Positions 9,740 through 20,576 of a stretch of 64,000 nt of DNA are shown here, in pieces. Each line of letters opens with the position of its first letter. Within the stretch, counting starts at the first letter, position 1. The stretch comes from an uncultured Planctomycetia bacterium. GTDB lineage: Bacteria; Omnitrophota; Gorgyraeia; Pluralincolimonadales; Pluralincolimonadaceae. The notes beneath the pieces were generated by a model. The model did not search any database. It saw only the letters and a list, made by a program, of their open reading frames with translations, and had not been told where the DNA came from. The position numbers and the translations under genes were made by a program. The stretch lies in the NCBI GenBank assembly GCA_964484255.1, contig CAZAEH010000001.1:4674-68673 (forward strand), written 5' to 3'.

Positions 9740-10554
9740 CTCTTCTGGCGGTGCAGCTTACACGCCTGCGGGCAGCTGCACGCGATCTCGGTTATCTTGC
9801 CTTCGCCGCAGTCTATGGTTACCGCGCGCTTGAGTGCGTTCACGGAGATCACCTTGCCGGACAGGCCCTCCAGGTTTACCTTATCGCCTTCCTTCGGCAG
9901 TCCCCTGAGGAGCTCGACATAAAGCTTATGCTCATACCCGAGGCAGCACATCAGCCTTCCGCATACACCGGATATCTTGGCCGGGTTGAGCGGGAGGTTC
10001 TGCTCCTTGGCCATCTTTATAGTGACCGGTTCGAAATCCTTAAGGAATGTCGCACAGCAAAGCGCCTTTCCGCATGGGCCGAAACCCCCGAGCAGCCTCG
10101 CTTCGTCGCGTACTCCTATCTGCTTGAGCTCTATCCTTGCCTTGAATATCCTCGCCAGGTCCTTTACCAGTTCCCTGAAATCCACGCGACCGTCGGCCGT
10201 AAAATAAAAAAGGAGCTTGGACCTGTCGAACGAATACTCGGCCTCTATCAATTTCATCTTGAGGCCGTGTTCCGAGATCTTCTTCTGGCAGGTGGTAAAG
10301 GCCTCTCTCGTCTTCTCTCGGTTCTTCTTGATCTGGTCAAGGTCAGCCGCGGTAGCTGCCCTCAATATCTTGCGTACGGGTTCTTCCTGCGGCAGCTGGG
10401 GCAACGCCTCTATATCCGATATCACTTCCCCGTAATCAAGGCCCCTGTCGGCCTCCACTATGACAGTATCCCCCGTCTTAGGCCTTATGTTACCTAACTC
10501 ATAGAACTGGGTCTTACCGCCCTCCCTTAACCTGACTTGGACTACTTCGAACAA
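9736..10554 (-). CDS. ricT: PSP1-domain protein RicT/YaaT
   Basis: PSP1 C-terminal domain with Cys clusters. Conserved position between holB and metG. Confidence 0.65.
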   Translation of the reverse strand: MFEVVQVRLREGGKTQFYELGNIRPKTGDTVIVEADRGLDYGEVISDIEALPQLPQEEPVRKILRAATAADLDQIKKNREKTREAFTTCQKKISEHGLKMKLIEAEYSFDRSKLLFYFTADGRVDFRELVKDLARIFKARIELKQIGVRDEARLLGGFGPCGKALCCATFLKDFEPVTIKMAKEQNLPLNPAKISGVCGRLMCCLGYEHKLYVELLRGLPKEGDKVNLEGLSGKVISVNALKRAVTIDCGEGKITEIACSCPQACKLHRQKR

Positions 10555-10565
10555 TTCAAAACCCC

Positions 10566-11531
10566 CTAAGTTATATTCAACCTCATGAAAGACAAAGCTA
10601 TCTTGATGTTGGCATTCCTCCTGATCTCTTCTTGAGCCGAGGCGATCGAGGATATTATGGCCTCAAGTTTTTCCGCGCTGAACTTTGCGGAATCACGGGC
10701 TATATCGGCGGCTTTATCGAGGTTTACAAGTAAACCCTGGTCCCTCGAAAGATTAAAAACCAACAGGTCCCTAAAATATACCGCCAGGGCATTCAAAGCC
10801 TCGTTCACCTTATCCCTGGGTTCCCCGTAAAGCCATGTATCTTCGTAACCGGCCTGCTTCGGGGAAAGAAAATCATCGATTATCCTGTTCCTATCCTCCA
10901 GGGCGCGGCCCTCAAGGACTTCTATGGCCTTTCCCAGCCTGCCTTCGGAAAACCTGGCGATACACAGGGCTTTCTTCTCATCAAGGCCGTAATGCTCCAC
11001 CAATTCCTTCATTATAGAGCGTTCGCTCAACGGATGGAACAACACCTTTTGGCAGCGGGATATTATCGTAGGCTGCATCTTGAACAGGTTGGAAGCCAGC
11101 AGGATCATGACCGTATCCTTCGGGGGCTCTTCCAGCGTCTTGAGCAGAGAATTGGCCGATTCTTCGGTCATGCTGTCGGCCCCGGCGATTATAAAAACCT
11201 TTGTCCTTGCCTCATATGGCTTAAGGGACATCGAGGCTTCCATCTTGCGAATAGAGTCTATGCCTATCCTTAAAGATTTTCCTTCCGGCAGTATGGTTGT
11301 GACATCGGGATGTATCCCGGAGGATATCTTTTTGCATGATATACACTCCTCGCAAGGTGAGGCTTCCTTCTTTTCGCAATTGAGCGCTTTCGCGAATATA
11401 CCGGCAAGGAGAGATTTTCCCACACCTTCAGGCCCTATAAAAAGATATGCGTGCGCCAGCCTGTTATCTTCTATGGCTTTTTTCAGGAGGTCCGCAGCCA
11501 GGTCCTGGCCTATAACCTTATTGAAGGACAT
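10566..11531 (-). CDS. holB: DNA polymerase III delta-prime subunit
   Basis: AAA+ domain with GPEGVGKS Walker A and a zinc module, 321 aa, next to tmk. Confidence 0.8.
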   Translation of the reverse strand: MSFNKVIGQDLAADLLKKAIEDNRLAHAYLFIGPEGVGKSLLAGIFAKALNCEKKEASPCEECISCKKISSGIHPDVTTILPEGKSLRIGIDSIRKMEASMSLKPYEARTKVFIIAGADSMTEESANSLLKTLEEPPKDTVMILLASNLFKMQPTIISRCQKVLFHPLSERSIMKELVEHYGLDEKKALCIARFSEGRLGKAIEVLEGRALEDRNRIIDDFLSPKQAGYEDTWLYGEPRDKVNEALNALAVYFRDLLVFNLSRDQGLLVNLDKAADIARDSAKFSAEKLEAIISSIASAQEEIRRNANIKIALSFMRLNIT

Positions 11532-12135
11532 TTAATACGGCCTTTCTCAGCTTTTCCTGCACCTCGCTAACGGAGAACGTAGTAGTAGATATGACCTTTA
11601 TCCTCCGGGGCTCGGACTTAGCCAGCTTCAGGTAGCCCCTCCTTACCTTCTTATGGAATGAAAGGGATTTTTTCTCCATCCTGTCCCAAACACCGCCTCG
11701 CTTCAGGCCGACTGCGCTGTCTACATCAAGGAGTGCGGTCAAGTCGGGCTTAAGCCCCCCCGTTGCCAACTTTCGCATCGACTCTATAATCTTCAGGTCT
11801 ATACCGGCGCCGTGGCCCTGGTAAGCCACAGTGGCATCGTGAAACCTGTCGCAAATAACGGTATATCCTTTTTTAAGCGCAGGTTTTATGACTTCTTCTA
11901 CTATCTGGGCCCTCGCAGCCATGAACAGGAACAGTTCGCAGGCATCGGACATGCTCTCGTGTTCCCTGTTAAGGAGTATCTTCCTTATCGCTTCGGAGAT
12001 ACGCGTGCCGCCTGGTTCGCGGGTATGCACGATCCGGTAACCTTCGCGACGAAGGTACGCGCAAAGAAGACGCGAATGCGTCGATTTACCCGAACCCTCG
12101 GGTCCCTCGATAGTGATGAATTTGCCCGACCACAT
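11518..12135 (-). CDS. tmk: Thymidylate kinase
   Basis: ITIEGPEGSGKST P-loop, 205 aa. Confidence 0.85.
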   Translation of the reverse strand: MWSGKFITIEGPEGSGKSTHSRLLCAYLRREGYRIVHTREPGGTRISEAIRKILLNREHESMSDACELFLFMAARAQIVEEVIKPALKKGYTVICDRFHDATVAYQGHGAGIDLKIIESMRKLATGGLKPDLTALLDVDSAVGLKRGGVWDRMEKKSLSFHKKVRRGYLKLAKSEPRRIKVISTTTFSVSEVQEKLRKAVLNVLQ

Positions 12136-12138
12136 ATG

Positions 12139-13023
12139 TTATCCCTTTACGCCGGTAAGCTTGATGGACTCCACGAAGTACCGCTGTGTGAAGACAAATA
12201 TTATGACGATAGGGAGCATCGCCATGACCGAACCGGCCATAAGCAGGTGCCAGTCGGTAGAATACTGGGTCTTGAACGATTCCAACCCTATCGGCAGGGT
12301 CCTCATCTCCATGGTGTTTGTGACAAGCAGGGGCCACATGAAATTCCCCCAGTTGCCCATGAAGGTAAAAACGGTCAAGGTCGCCAGGGCAGGTTTCGAA
12401 AGAGGCAATATTATAGTCGTATAGATACGGAAGAAACCGCATCCGTCTATCTTCGCGGCATCCTCAAGGTCTTTCGGCAGGGTCATGAAGAACTGCCTGA
12501 GCATGAATGTGCCGTAAGCCGTAAATACCGCGGGTACTATAAGGGCCTTATAGGTATCGACCCACCCGAAAAGCCTCATGAGTACATAAACGGGTATCAT
12601 AGTGACGGAACCGGGTATCATCATCGTGGCCAGGTAAGCAAAAAAGAGCTTGTCCCTGCCCTTGAACTCCAAACGCGAGAATGCGTAGGCCGCCAATGAG
12701 CTCGTGAAGACCTGGCCTATAGTAACCGCTACACCCACTATTATCGAGTTCAGGTAGAACCTGGCGAACGGGACAACCTCGAAAGCGCTCTTATAGTTCT
12801 CCCAGATGAACATCGTAGGGATGAACATCTGTATCCAGTTCTTCGGCCTTATATAGATGGCTTCGAGCGTCTTGAGCGAAGTGGTGATCATCCATAAGAA
12901 CGGCATGATCATGGAGAGGGCGCCTATGGCAAGTATCACATAGGCGAACGTCTGCATCATCTTTTCTTTCTTTGCCGCTTCGCTTACCGGCCTAATGTCC
13001 CCGGAACGTCTGTATTTATCCAT
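12139..13023 (-). CDS. Carbohydrate ABC transporter permease (MalG-like)
   Basis: 6 TM. EAA loop (EDAAKIDGCGFFRIY...PLSKPAL). Confidence 0.7.
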   Translation of the reverse strand: MDKYRRSGDIRPVSEAAKKEKMMQTFAYVILAIGALSMIMPFLWMITTSLKTLEAIYIRPKNWIQMFIPTMFIWENYKSAFEVVPFARFYLNSIIVGVAVTIGQVFTSSLAAYAFSRLEFKGRDKLFFAYLATMMIPGSVTMIPVYVLMRLFGWVDTYKALIVPAVFTAYGTFMLRQFFMTLPKDLEDAAKIDGCGFFRIYTTIILPLSKPALATLTVFTFMGNWGNFMWPLLVTNTMEMRTLPIGLESFKTQYSTDWHLLMAGSVMAMLPIVIIFVFTQRYFVESIKLTGVKG

Positions 13024-13036
13024 CTATATCCTTCCT

Positions 13037-13975
13037 TTAATAATGAACGAGCTTCCCGCCATATCTCCAGTTGACAAGGGAAACGATGAAAATTATCACG
13101 AAAAGGAACCATGCTATAGCGGCTGCATACCCGACGTTCTGCCAGGTATAGAGGTTATTGAATATGTAATACTCTATGGTGGTAGTAGCACCGCCCGGTC
13201 CCCCTGCGGTCATGATGTATGCCTGCATGAAACCGCCCTGGAAACCGGTTATTATGCTCATGATGAATATGAAGAAAGTGGTCGGGCTTATCTGCGGCCA
13301 TGTTATTGCCCAGAACTTCTGCCAGCCGTTGGCTCCGTCGATATCGGCGGCCTCATAAAGGTCCCTGGGTATGCCCTGGAGCGCGGCAAGGTATAGTATC
13401 ATGTTCATGCCGCCTATCGCTATCCAGAAATTCATGAGCATGAGGGCCGGCTTTGCCCATCCGGGAGAATTCAGCCATAACGGTCCCTGCAGGTTGAATC
13501 CCAGCAACTTTCCTCCCCAGTAAATTATATTGTTAAGCATGCCGTATTCGGGATTGAATATCCACAACCATAGGATGGCTACGGCCACACCGGGGCATAT
13601 GGACGGGAGGAAAAATACCGTCCTGAACATCGACTCTCCCCTGACCTTGCGGTTAAGGGCTATGGCGAGCCCGAGGGACGCCATCATGCAAAGGGGTATG
13701 GAGAACATGAGAAAAACGGTATTCCATAGGTACTGCCAGAATTTAGGGTCATTGGCCACGATATGACCGGCCGCGGCATCCTTATGGAAACCTAATAATT
13801 GCGTGAAATTGTCCAGGCCCACGAACTTCGGTGCGCTTAGGATATCCCACTGGAAGAAACTAAGTATAAGGGATATGAAGACCGGCAGGAACGTAAATAT
13901 CAGGAACCCTATAAGGTTAGGGGCCAAAAAACCGTAGGCTGCTATAGTCTCTTTGGTGTGGGCTTTTATCCGCAT
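13037..13975 (-). CDS. Carbohydrate ABC transporter permease (MalF/UgpA-like)
   Basis: EAA loop (YEAADIDGANGWQKFWAIT.P). No binding-protein or ATPase gene is adjacent. Confidence 0.7.
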   Translation of the reverse strand: MRIKAHTKETIAAYGFLAPNLIGFLIFTFLPVFISLILSFFQWDILSAPKFVGLDNFTQLLGFHKDAAAGHIVANDPKFWQYLWNTVFLMFSIPLCMMASLGLAIALNRKVRGESMFRTVFFLPSICPGVAVAILWLWIFNPEYGMLNNIIYWGGKLLGFNLQGPLWLNSPGWAKPALMLMNFWIAIGGMNMILYLAALQGIPRDLYEAADIDGANGWQKFWAITWPQISPTTFFIFIMSIITGFQGGFMQAYIMTAGGPGGATTTIEYYIFNNLYTWQNVGYAAAIAWFLFVIIFIVSLVNWRYGGKLVHY

Positions 13976-15409
13976 TTATACTTTTCTTCTCCAGTAAGTC
14001 CCCTCTTTGTCGTCTTCGAGTATTATACCCTTGAGCCCCAATTCCTGCCTTATCCTGTCTGACTCTGCAAAATCTTTCCTCTTCTTCGCCTCAATACGGG
14101 CATCGACGAGTTTCTGGACCTCTGTATCCGAAAGCCCCGACGAAGAGGCCTTAAAACAAAGGCCCAAGACGCCGCCTAGCTCAAGTATGGCATCTTTGAT
14201 GTATTTTAACATAGAAACGTCTTCATTTCTATCAACAATTTTGTTCGCGGCGCTTACAAGCTCATACATGGCCCCGAGAGCGGAAGGTGTATTGAAATCA
14301 TCGTCCATCGCCTCTATGAACCTCGCCCTTGCCTCATCGGCCTCGGCGCTCTCGGTGGGCCGGATCCCTGCCGACCCGGAAAGCACCCTGTCTATCTTAT
14401 CAAGCAACACGATGAACCTCTCATAACCGCTCTTCGCCGAGTCCATCTTCTCCCACGTAAAATCTATAGGATGCGAATAATGGGCCCCGAGAAAAAATAC
14501 CTTCAGAACATCCGGAGGATAGCGCTCCAGTACGCCTTTGATGGACACATAGTTTCCCAGGGATTTCGACATCTTTTCGCCGTTTATGGTAAGAAGTCCG
14601 TTATGTATCCAGAAATTCGCGAAGGGCTTTCCGGTAGAGCATTCCGACTGGGCAACCTCATTTTCGTGGTGAGGGAATATGAGGTCGCGCCCGCCGCCGT
14701 GGATATCGAAATTTTCCCCGAGATACTTTGTGGACATCGCCGAACATTCTATATGCCAGCCCGGGCGGCCCTTACCCCACGGCGAGTCCCATTCCGGCTC
14801 GTTCTGTTTCGCGGATTTCCAGAGTGCGAAATCCAACGAATCCCTCTTCTTTTCAAGTTTGCCGGGATGAGCATCTTCTAGCATCTGGTCCTTGTCCTGG
14901 TGGGAAAGCTTTCCGTATCCGGGAAATTTCCTGACCTCAAAATATACATCTCCTCCGGACTCGTAAGCGTAACCTTTATCTACCAGGAGGCGGACCATGG
15001 CTATTATCTCTTTGATATGCTCGGTTGCCTTGGGTTCGATATCGGCGCGGGATATGCCAAGAGAATCCATATCCGAGTAAAAACCCTTCGTATATCTTTC
15101 TGCCACCTCCCTGGTCGCGGTGTTCAAGTCCTTTCCAAAAAGCGGCGAGGAGTTGTCAGATGTCTCCATCCTGGCCCTGTTTATTATCTTATCATCCACA
15201 TCCGTTATATTCTTGACGAAGGTCACCTTGTAACCGCGGAATATCAGGTACCTCCTGATAAAATCGAATATGAACGCGCTGCGCGCATGTCCCAGGTGGC
15301 ACTCATCATAGACGGTAACTCCGCATGCGTACATGCGGACCCGGCCGGACTCTATGGGTTTGAATTCTTCTTTCTTCCTGGTAAGGGTATTGTATATCGA
15401 GATCGGCAT
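13976..15409 (-). CDS. cysS: Cysteinyl-tRNA synthetase
   Basis: CHLGHARS and KMSKSLGN motifs, 477 aa. Confidence 0.9.
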   Translation of the reverse strand: MPISIYNTLTRKKEEFKPIESGRVRMYACGVTVYDECHLGHARSAFIFDFIRRYLIFRGYKVTFVKNITDVDDKIINRARMETSDNSSPLFGKDLNTATREVAERYTKGFYSDMDSLGISRADIEPKATEHIKEIIAMVRLLVDKGYAYESGGDVYFEVRKFPGYGKLSHQDKDQMLEDAHPGKLEKKRDSLDFALWKSAKQNEPEWDSPWGKGRPGWHIECSAMSTKYLGENFDIHGGGRDLIFPHHENEVAQSECSTGKPFANFWIHNGLLTINGEKMSKSLGNYVSIKGVLERYPPDVLKVFFLGAHYSHPIDFTWEKMDSAKSGYERFIVLLDKIDRVLSGSAGIRPTESAEADEARARFIEAMDDDFNTPSALGAMYELVSAANKIVDRNEDVSMLKYIKDAILELGGVLGLCFKASSSGLSDTEVQKLVDARIEAKKRKDFAESDRIRQELGLKGIILEDDKEGTYWRRKV

Positions 15410-15416
15410 TATGCGA

Positions 15417-16127
15417 TTACTTAAGGTTCTGGCGATGCTTCTTAAGCTCGCCCTCTATATGGTTTATCTCATCCTGCAGGCGGTCAAGGGATTGCGTCAA
15501 CGGGTCGGGAAGGTTCGAATGATCGAGCCTTATCCCCGGGATATCCCTGCCTTCCTTCTTGACTATCCTCCCCGGTATACCGACTACGGTAGAATCCTCC
15601 GGGACATCCTTTATCACGACCGCATTCGCGCCTATCATTACGTCGTCGCCTACGGTTATATTGCCCAGGACCTTCGCGCCGGCGCCGATGACAACATCTT
15701 TTCCTATCGTAGGGTGTCTCTTCCCCTTCTCCTTACCGGTCCCTCCGAGGGTAACGCCCTGGTACAGGGTAACGTTATCCCCTATTACGGACGTCTCGCC
15801 TACGACCACTCCCATGCCGTGGTCTATAAAAAGGCCTCTGCCTATAGTCGCTGCCGGATGTATCTCGATGCCGGTGGCAAACCTGGCAAATTGCGAAAGC
15901 ATCCTCGGCAGGAGGGGTATACCTGCAGAATGCATGGCGTGGGCGATCCTGTAATATATTATCGCATGAAGACCGGAATATAACAATATCACCTCAAAGG
16001 TGTTCTTGGCCGCAGGATCGCGCTCGAATATGGCCTGGATCTCCGACCTGAACACCGCCGAGATGACCAATATCTTTATAAGGGCTATTACCGCTATCGC
16101 GGCTATAACTATCAGTAATATATACAT
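15417..16127 (-). CDS. cysE: Serine O-acetyltransferase
   Basis: SAT N-terminal domain plus hexapeptide repeats. The ORF as drawn has a 26-residue hydrophobic leader; an in-frame GTG ([16 protein letters not shown]) is a more typical start. Confidence 0.75.
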   Translation of the reverse strand: MYILLIVIAAIAVIALIKILVISAVFRSEIQAIFERDPAAKNTFEVILLYSGLHAIIYYRIAHAMHSAGIPLLPRMLSQFARFATGIEIHPAATIGRGLFIDHGMGVVVGETSVIGDNVTLYQGVTLGGTGKEKGKRHPTIGKDVVIGAGAKVLGNITVGDDVMIGANAVVIKDVPEDSTVVGIPGRIVKKEGRDIPGIRLDHSNLPDPLTQSLDRLQDEINHIEGELKKHRQNLK

Positions 16128-16604
16128 CTATTTGGTCTCCTCTACGGAAGCCACGGCATAAGCCGCTATGGCCTCCCCGCGCCCTATGGACCCCACACCT
16201 TCTTGCGTGGTAGCTTTTATATTGACGCGGCTTTCATCTATCGCAAGGACCGAAGCCATGGTCTTCCTCATCTTGGCCTTGAAAGGCAGTATCTTTGGTT
16301 CTTCCATTATAAGGGTTGAATCAATATTTACTATCCTGAAACCGCCTTCCCGGGCAAGGGTAGATATCCTGTGGAGCAACTCAATACTGCTTATTCCCTT
16401 GAACTCCGGATCGTTGTTCGGGAAATGTATCCCTATATCTTCCTTGCCCATCGCGCCGAGTATCGCATCGCATACGGCATGCAGGAGGACGTCGGCGTCG
16501 GAATAACCATCGAGCCCTTTTATATAGGGGATCTCGACACCTCCAAGGAACAACTTCCTGCCCTCGACGAGCCTGTGTATATCATATCCCAGTCCGACCC
16601 TCAT
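16128..16604 (-). CDS. ispF: 2-C-methyl-D-erythritol 2,4-cyclodiphosphate synthase
   Basis: GYDIHRL...SDADVLLHA motifs, 158 aa. Confidence 0.85.
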   Translation of the reverse strand: MRVGLGYDIHRLVEGRKLFLGGVEIPYIKGLDGYSDADVLLHAVCDAILGAMGKEDIGIHFPNNDPEFKGISSIELLHRISTLAREGGFRIVNIDSTLIMEEPKILPFKAKMRKTMASVLAIDESRVNIKATTQEGVGSIGRGEAIAAYAVASVEETK

Positions 16605-17299
16605 TATTTCACCCCCGCCAGCGCCTTGGCATGCTTAAGGTCTTCGGGAGTGGTTATCTTGATGTTGTCGGCGGACCCGTCAACAACCTTCACCTTGATA
16701 CCTATCCTCTCTACGAGGACGGCATCGTCAGTCGCCTCCTCCACTTCACCCGCTACGGCAGTAAAAGCCCTGTCGTAAGCCCTTAACAATATATCTTTGC
16801 GGAACGCCTGGGGGGTCTGCACCTCTACAAGCGTCGACCTGTCAAGAGTCGCGGCTACAAAATTGCCTTTCTCCACCTGCTTGATCGTGGGCTTTACCGG
16901 AAGGGCCGTTATGGCCGCCCCGAACGTATCAGCTGCATCTATGACCGAATTTATCATCTTGTTATCCACGAACGGCCTGCATCCGTCATGGACTATTACG
17001 AAATCCGCATCCTCGCTTAAGGCATCCAGGCCGTTCTTGACCGAGTCCATGCGGCGCTTCCCGCCGGCAACGATATCCTTTATCTTTCCGAACTTCCCTT
17101 TCTTTACGAGAAGGCGCGCTTTGGGCATATCGGACTGGTGGACGACGATTACCACCTCGCCGATGGCATTCGATGCTTCAAGTGCCTTAAGCGTATGGGC
17201 CAATATAGGATCTTTACCCAAAGCGACAAAAGCCTTATGCGTCTTTGCTTTCATCCGCTCGCCTTTACCAGCGGCGGCAACTATTGCGGCCACCTTCAT
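16604..17299 (-). CDS. ispD: 2-C-methyl-D-erythritol 4-phosphate cytidylyltransferase
   Basis: AIVAAAGKGERM N-terminus, 231 aa. Confidence 0.8.
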   Translation of the reverse strand: MKVAAIVAAAGKGERMKAKTHKAFVALGKDPILAHTLKALEASNAIGEVVIVVHQSDMPKARLLVKKGKFGKIKDIVAGGKRRMDSVKNGLDALSEDADFVIVHDGCRPFVDNKMINSVIDAADTFGAAITALPVKPTIKQVEKGNFVAATLDRSTLVEVQTPQAFRKDILLRAYDRAFTAVAGEVEEATDDAVLVERIGIKVKVVDGSADNIKITTPEDLKHAKALAGVK

Positions 17300-17309
17300 C
17301 TCTTCTCTC

Positions 17310-18299
17310 CTATCGCTGTGAATCGAGTTTAGCGAATATCATCTTCCCGGCGGCTGTCTGCAGGACAGACGTAACCGTTACTTTGACAGTATGTCCTATG
17401 GCGGGTCTGGCATTATCTATGACCACCATGGTCCCGTCGTCAAGATACGCCACCGCCTGGTTATACTCCTTGCCTTCCTTTACTACCTTGACCTCGAGCA
17501 ATTCGCCCGGTATTACGACAGGCTTCAAGGCATTGGCGAGCTCGTTTATGTTCAGCACGTTTATGCCCTGTAGCTCGGCTATCTTGTTCAGGTTATAATC
17601 GTTGGTAAACACCTTCGCGTTAAGCAGTTTGGCCAGTTTTATGAGCTTTGCGTCCACGTCCTTGATATCCGGGAAATCGTCCTCGTGTATCTTGACTTCC
17701 ACATGGCCGGATTTGCGCACCTTGTTGAGCATATCAAGGCCTCGCCTTCCGCGGTTCCTTTTTATCGGATCGGCGGAATCGGCTATCTGTTGCAGTTCCC
17801 GAAGGACGAAGCGCGGCACTATTAATTTGCCTTCCAAGAATTTCGTGCGGCAAATGTCTGCGATCCTGCCGTCTATGATAACCGACGTATCAAGGAGCGT
17901 TATTTCCTCGCGCTGGTCCTCCCTCTTTAGTTTTACATAAGGGATTATGATATTGAATTCGTCCTTGCCCCTGACCGCCGCCACCATTCCGACATAAGCA
18001 AATATCAGGATGATAGGGCCGTTAAAGATCTCGTCGACCTTCATGAGCCTGAACACCTCTATCACTATCCACCCGAAGAGCATCCCGAAGATTATCCCGA
18101 ATACTGCCGCGGACAAGCCTTTTATCGACAGTCTTTTCGAGGACAGTTCAAGCGCCACTATTATCAGGCCGGCCAATACACCAAATCCGGCACCCATATA
18201 TATAGAGGAAATTATATCCGGCCTGATTATCTTGCCTATCTGGGATCCCATGAACCCGCACAACAAAACAAAAAAGGATCTGACTATCGTAAACGTCAT
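17310..18299 (-). CDS. yacL: Membrane PIN + TRAM domain protein (YacL-like)
   Basis: N-terminal TM helices, a PIN domain ([10 protein letters not shown]) and a C-terminal TRAM domain. Conserved position upstream of ispD. Confidence 0.6.
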   Translation of the reverse strand: MTFTIVRSFFVLLCGFMGSQIGKIIRPDIISSIYMGAGFGVLAGLIIVALELSSKRLSIKGLSAAVFGIIFGMLFGWIVIEVFRLMKVDEIFNGPIILIFAYVGMVAAVRGKDEFNIIIPYVKLKREDQREEITLLDTSVIIDGRIADICRTKFLEGKLIVPRFVLRELQQIADSADPIKRNRGRRGLDMLNKVRKSGHVEVKIHEDDFPDIKDVDAKLIKLAKLLNAKVFTNDYNLNKIAELQGINVLNINELANALKPVVIPGELLEVKVVKEGKEYNQAVAYLDDGTMVVIDNARPAIGHTVKVTVTSVLQTAAGKMIFAKLDSQR

Positions 18300-19012
18300 T
18301 TCTTCTCTCCCCTCGGCTTCTGAAGAAGTTTCCAGGGATGCGCCTTAAGGTCCTTTACAAAAGCATCGAGCTCGTTATATAGCCCGTCGTCCATGAAAAG
18401 TTTCCCAACGGTCCCTTCCCCCGATTTTACCTTATCCATTACAACATTTGCGGAAGACATGAACTTCTGAAGGTCCAGCATTGTCGACTTGAAAGCAGCC
18501 TGGGTATCCGGATCGCCTACAAGCTTATTGAAGTTCTTTATTGTATCTCCCAAGCCGTTGGCTATCTCGTACCCCTTCTCGGTAAGCTTTTCCATCGGGA
18601 CAGACTCGCGGCCGGCCAGCATGTCCCCGGGCTTCAAGACCGGGCTGCCGGGCGTACCGGGGAGTATCTCGACATACTTCTCCCCTATAAGGCCGAGGGT
18701 ATTTATGAATGCCTCTGCATCCTTCTCGACTTTCGCCTTCTTGTCAAGCCAGGCATAGATATCGACTACCGTCTTGTTCGCCTTGTCATCATAGGCTATC
18801 TGGATATCCTTGACCTCCCCCAGTTGGACACCGGCAAGCCTGACCGGAGCGGCAATCTCTATCCCATTGGCAAAATCGAAACGCAGCCTTATGGTATACC
18901 TCTGCTGGGAATATTTCAACTCCTTTAGGGAAAATACCATGGACATAAGGATGGCGATACCGATCGCCACAAATATCCCTACCTTAAATTCCAGGTCCAT
19001 CCTTCTTTTCAT
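18296..19012 (-). CDS. mlaD: MlaD (MCE-domain) protein
   Basis: N-terminal TM plus Mce domain. Sits in a mlaE-mlaF-mlaD cluster. Confidence 0.65.
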   Translation of the reverse strand: MKRRMDLEFKVGIFVAIGIAILMSMVFSLKELKYSQQRYTIRLRFDFANGIEIAAPVRLAGVQLGEVKDIQIAYDDKANKTVVDIYAWLDKKAKVEKDAEAFINTLGLIGEKYVEILPGTPGSPVLKPGDMLAGRESVPMEKLTEKGYEIANGLGDTIKNFNKLVGDPDTQAAFKSTMLDLQKFMSSANVVMDKVKSGEGTVGKLFMDDGLYNELDAFVKDLKAHPWKLLQKPRGEKK

Positions 19013-19034
19013 GCCGGCCTCCCGCTATATTGAA

Positions 19035-19784
19035 TTATGAGTCCTCGGTTATGGGGCCTGTAGCGGCCCCGGTTATGAATTGTTTTACCAATGGATTGGA
19101 AGTATGTTTTATCTCTTCCGGTGTCCCTATTTCAACTATTTTGCCTTTATATAACATCGCTATCCTGTCGGCTATCTTGTAAGCCGAGGTCATGTCATGC
19201 GTGACGGCAATGGCCGTGGTCTTAAGTTTAGACTGCAGGTCTTTTATGAGGTCATTGACCGCATCCGCCATTATCGGGTCCACGCCGGTCGTCGGTTCGT
19301 CATAAAGTATTATCTTGGGATCCATGCATATCGCCCTGGCCAGTCCGACGCGTTTTCTCATGCCTCCGGAAAGCTCCGAAGGCCTGAGGTTCTCTATACC
19401 CTTGAGGCCCACTAGCTCCAGGCACTCTGCTACCCTCTTATCTATGGTAGCGTCATCCATCTTTGTATGTTCGATCAGGCTGAAAGCAACGTTATCCCGG
19501 ACGTTCAGGGAATCGAACAGCGCCGCACCCTGGAAGAGCATCCCGAACTTAAGCCTGAGGTCGTTTAGCTCCTTCCCTCCCAACCTGGTGACGTCCTGCC
19601 CGTCTATTATGACCTGACCCGAATCCGGTTTCATCAGGCCGATAATATGCTTGAGCATTACGCTCTTGCCCGTACCGGAGCGGCCGATTATCACGATAGT
19701 TTCGCCGTCCCTGATGGTAAGGTTCACGTTATCAAGCACAACGTGGTCGTCAAAAGCCTTGCAAAGGTTTATAAGTTCTATCAT
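19035..19784 (-). CDS. mlaF: Mla ABC transporter ATPase
   Basis: GRSGTGKS Walker A, LSGGM signature, 249 aa. Confidence 0.75.
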   Translation of the reverse strand: MIELINLCKAFDDHVVLDNVNLTIRDGETIVIIGRSGTGKSVMLKHIIGLMKPDSGQVIIDGQDVTRLGGKELNDLRLKFGMLFQGAALFDSLNVRDNVAFSLIEHTKMDDATIDKRVAECLELVGLKGIENLRPSELSGGMRKRVGLARAICMDPKIILYDEPTTGVDPIMADAVNDLIKDLQSKLKTTAIAVTHDMTSAYKIADRIAMLYKGKIVEIGTPEEIKHTSNPLVKQFITGAATGPITEDS

Positions 19785-19786
19785 CC

Positions 19787-20572
19787 TTAGAATGAAAACC
19801 CGAAATAAAACAATGCCGTGAACAGGCAGTCGGCGGCTATTATGAGTATGAACGAGATCACGACCGCCTTAGTCGTGGCCGAACCGACGCCTTCGGCGCC
19901 GCCCTCCACCCTCATACCCTCATAGCACGCTATTATGCATATTATTACCGCGAAAGCGAAAGACTTGATGAGCCCCGTCGCTATATCTTTTATTTTGAGC
20001 GGGTTCCATGTCATGTCCCAATAGAGGTTACTGAGTATGTTCAGCCTCCAGACACCTATCATATATCCGCCTACTATGCCTACTATATCGCCGTAGATCG
20101 TCAACAGCGGCAACATGAAGAAAAGCGCTATGAACCTCGGAACTACAAGGTACTTTATCGGGTTAGAGGCCAATGTCTCAAGGGCGTCTATCTGTTCGGT
20201 CACCTTCATAGTCCCCAGTTCTGCGGCTATGGATGCCCCTACCCTGCCCGCCACCACGAGGGCCGTAAGCACAGGCCCGAGCTCCCTTGTCAGCGAGAGC
20301 GCTACAAGGCTTGCTATATAAAGCTTTGCCTCCATCTTCTGCATCTGGTAAGCGCTCTGCAAAGCCAGGACCATACCTGTAAAGAGGCAGGTCAGGAAGA
20401 CTATTGGCAGGCTATCGATGCCGATCTTGACCATCTGCTCCAAGACAGGTTTGCGCTTGAACGGGGGCACGAAAGAACTGAATACCGTCCTTACCATGAG
20501 CACGGTAACTCCTCCCGAATATCGCAGGAAACCGATAAACCGTTCTCCCAATTGGGATATCCAGCCGTTCAT
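19787..20572 (-). CDS. mlaE: Mla ABC transporter permease
   Basis: MlaE-like 5-6 TM protein of 261 aa, directly upstream of mlaF. Confidence 0.75.
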   Translation of the reverse strand: MNGWISQLGERFIGFLRYSGGVTVLMVRTVFSSFVPPFKRKPVLEQMVKIGIDSLPIVFLTCLFTGMVLALQSAYQMQKMEAKLYIASLVALSLTRELGPVLTALVVAGRVGASIAAELGTMKVTEQIDALETLASNPIKYLVVPRFIALFFMLPLLTIYGDIVGIVGGYMIGVWRLNILSNLYWDMTWNPLKIKDIATGLIKSFAFAVIICIIACYEGMRVEGGAEGVGSATTKAVVISFILIIAADCLFTALFYFGFSF

Positions 20573-20576
20573 AGCT

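Noticed and set aside
11812-12699. 295-aa plus-strand ORF, with similar long antisense ORFs at 9209-9922, 9751-10497, 45254-46159 and 48217-49800
   Set aside because: Each lies entirely antisense to a well-supported conserved gene (tmk and permease, metG, ricT, comEC and prsA, leuS). They have no recognisable motifs and low-complexity Arg/Pro/Gly-rich composition typical of shadow ORFs in GC-rich coding DNA.
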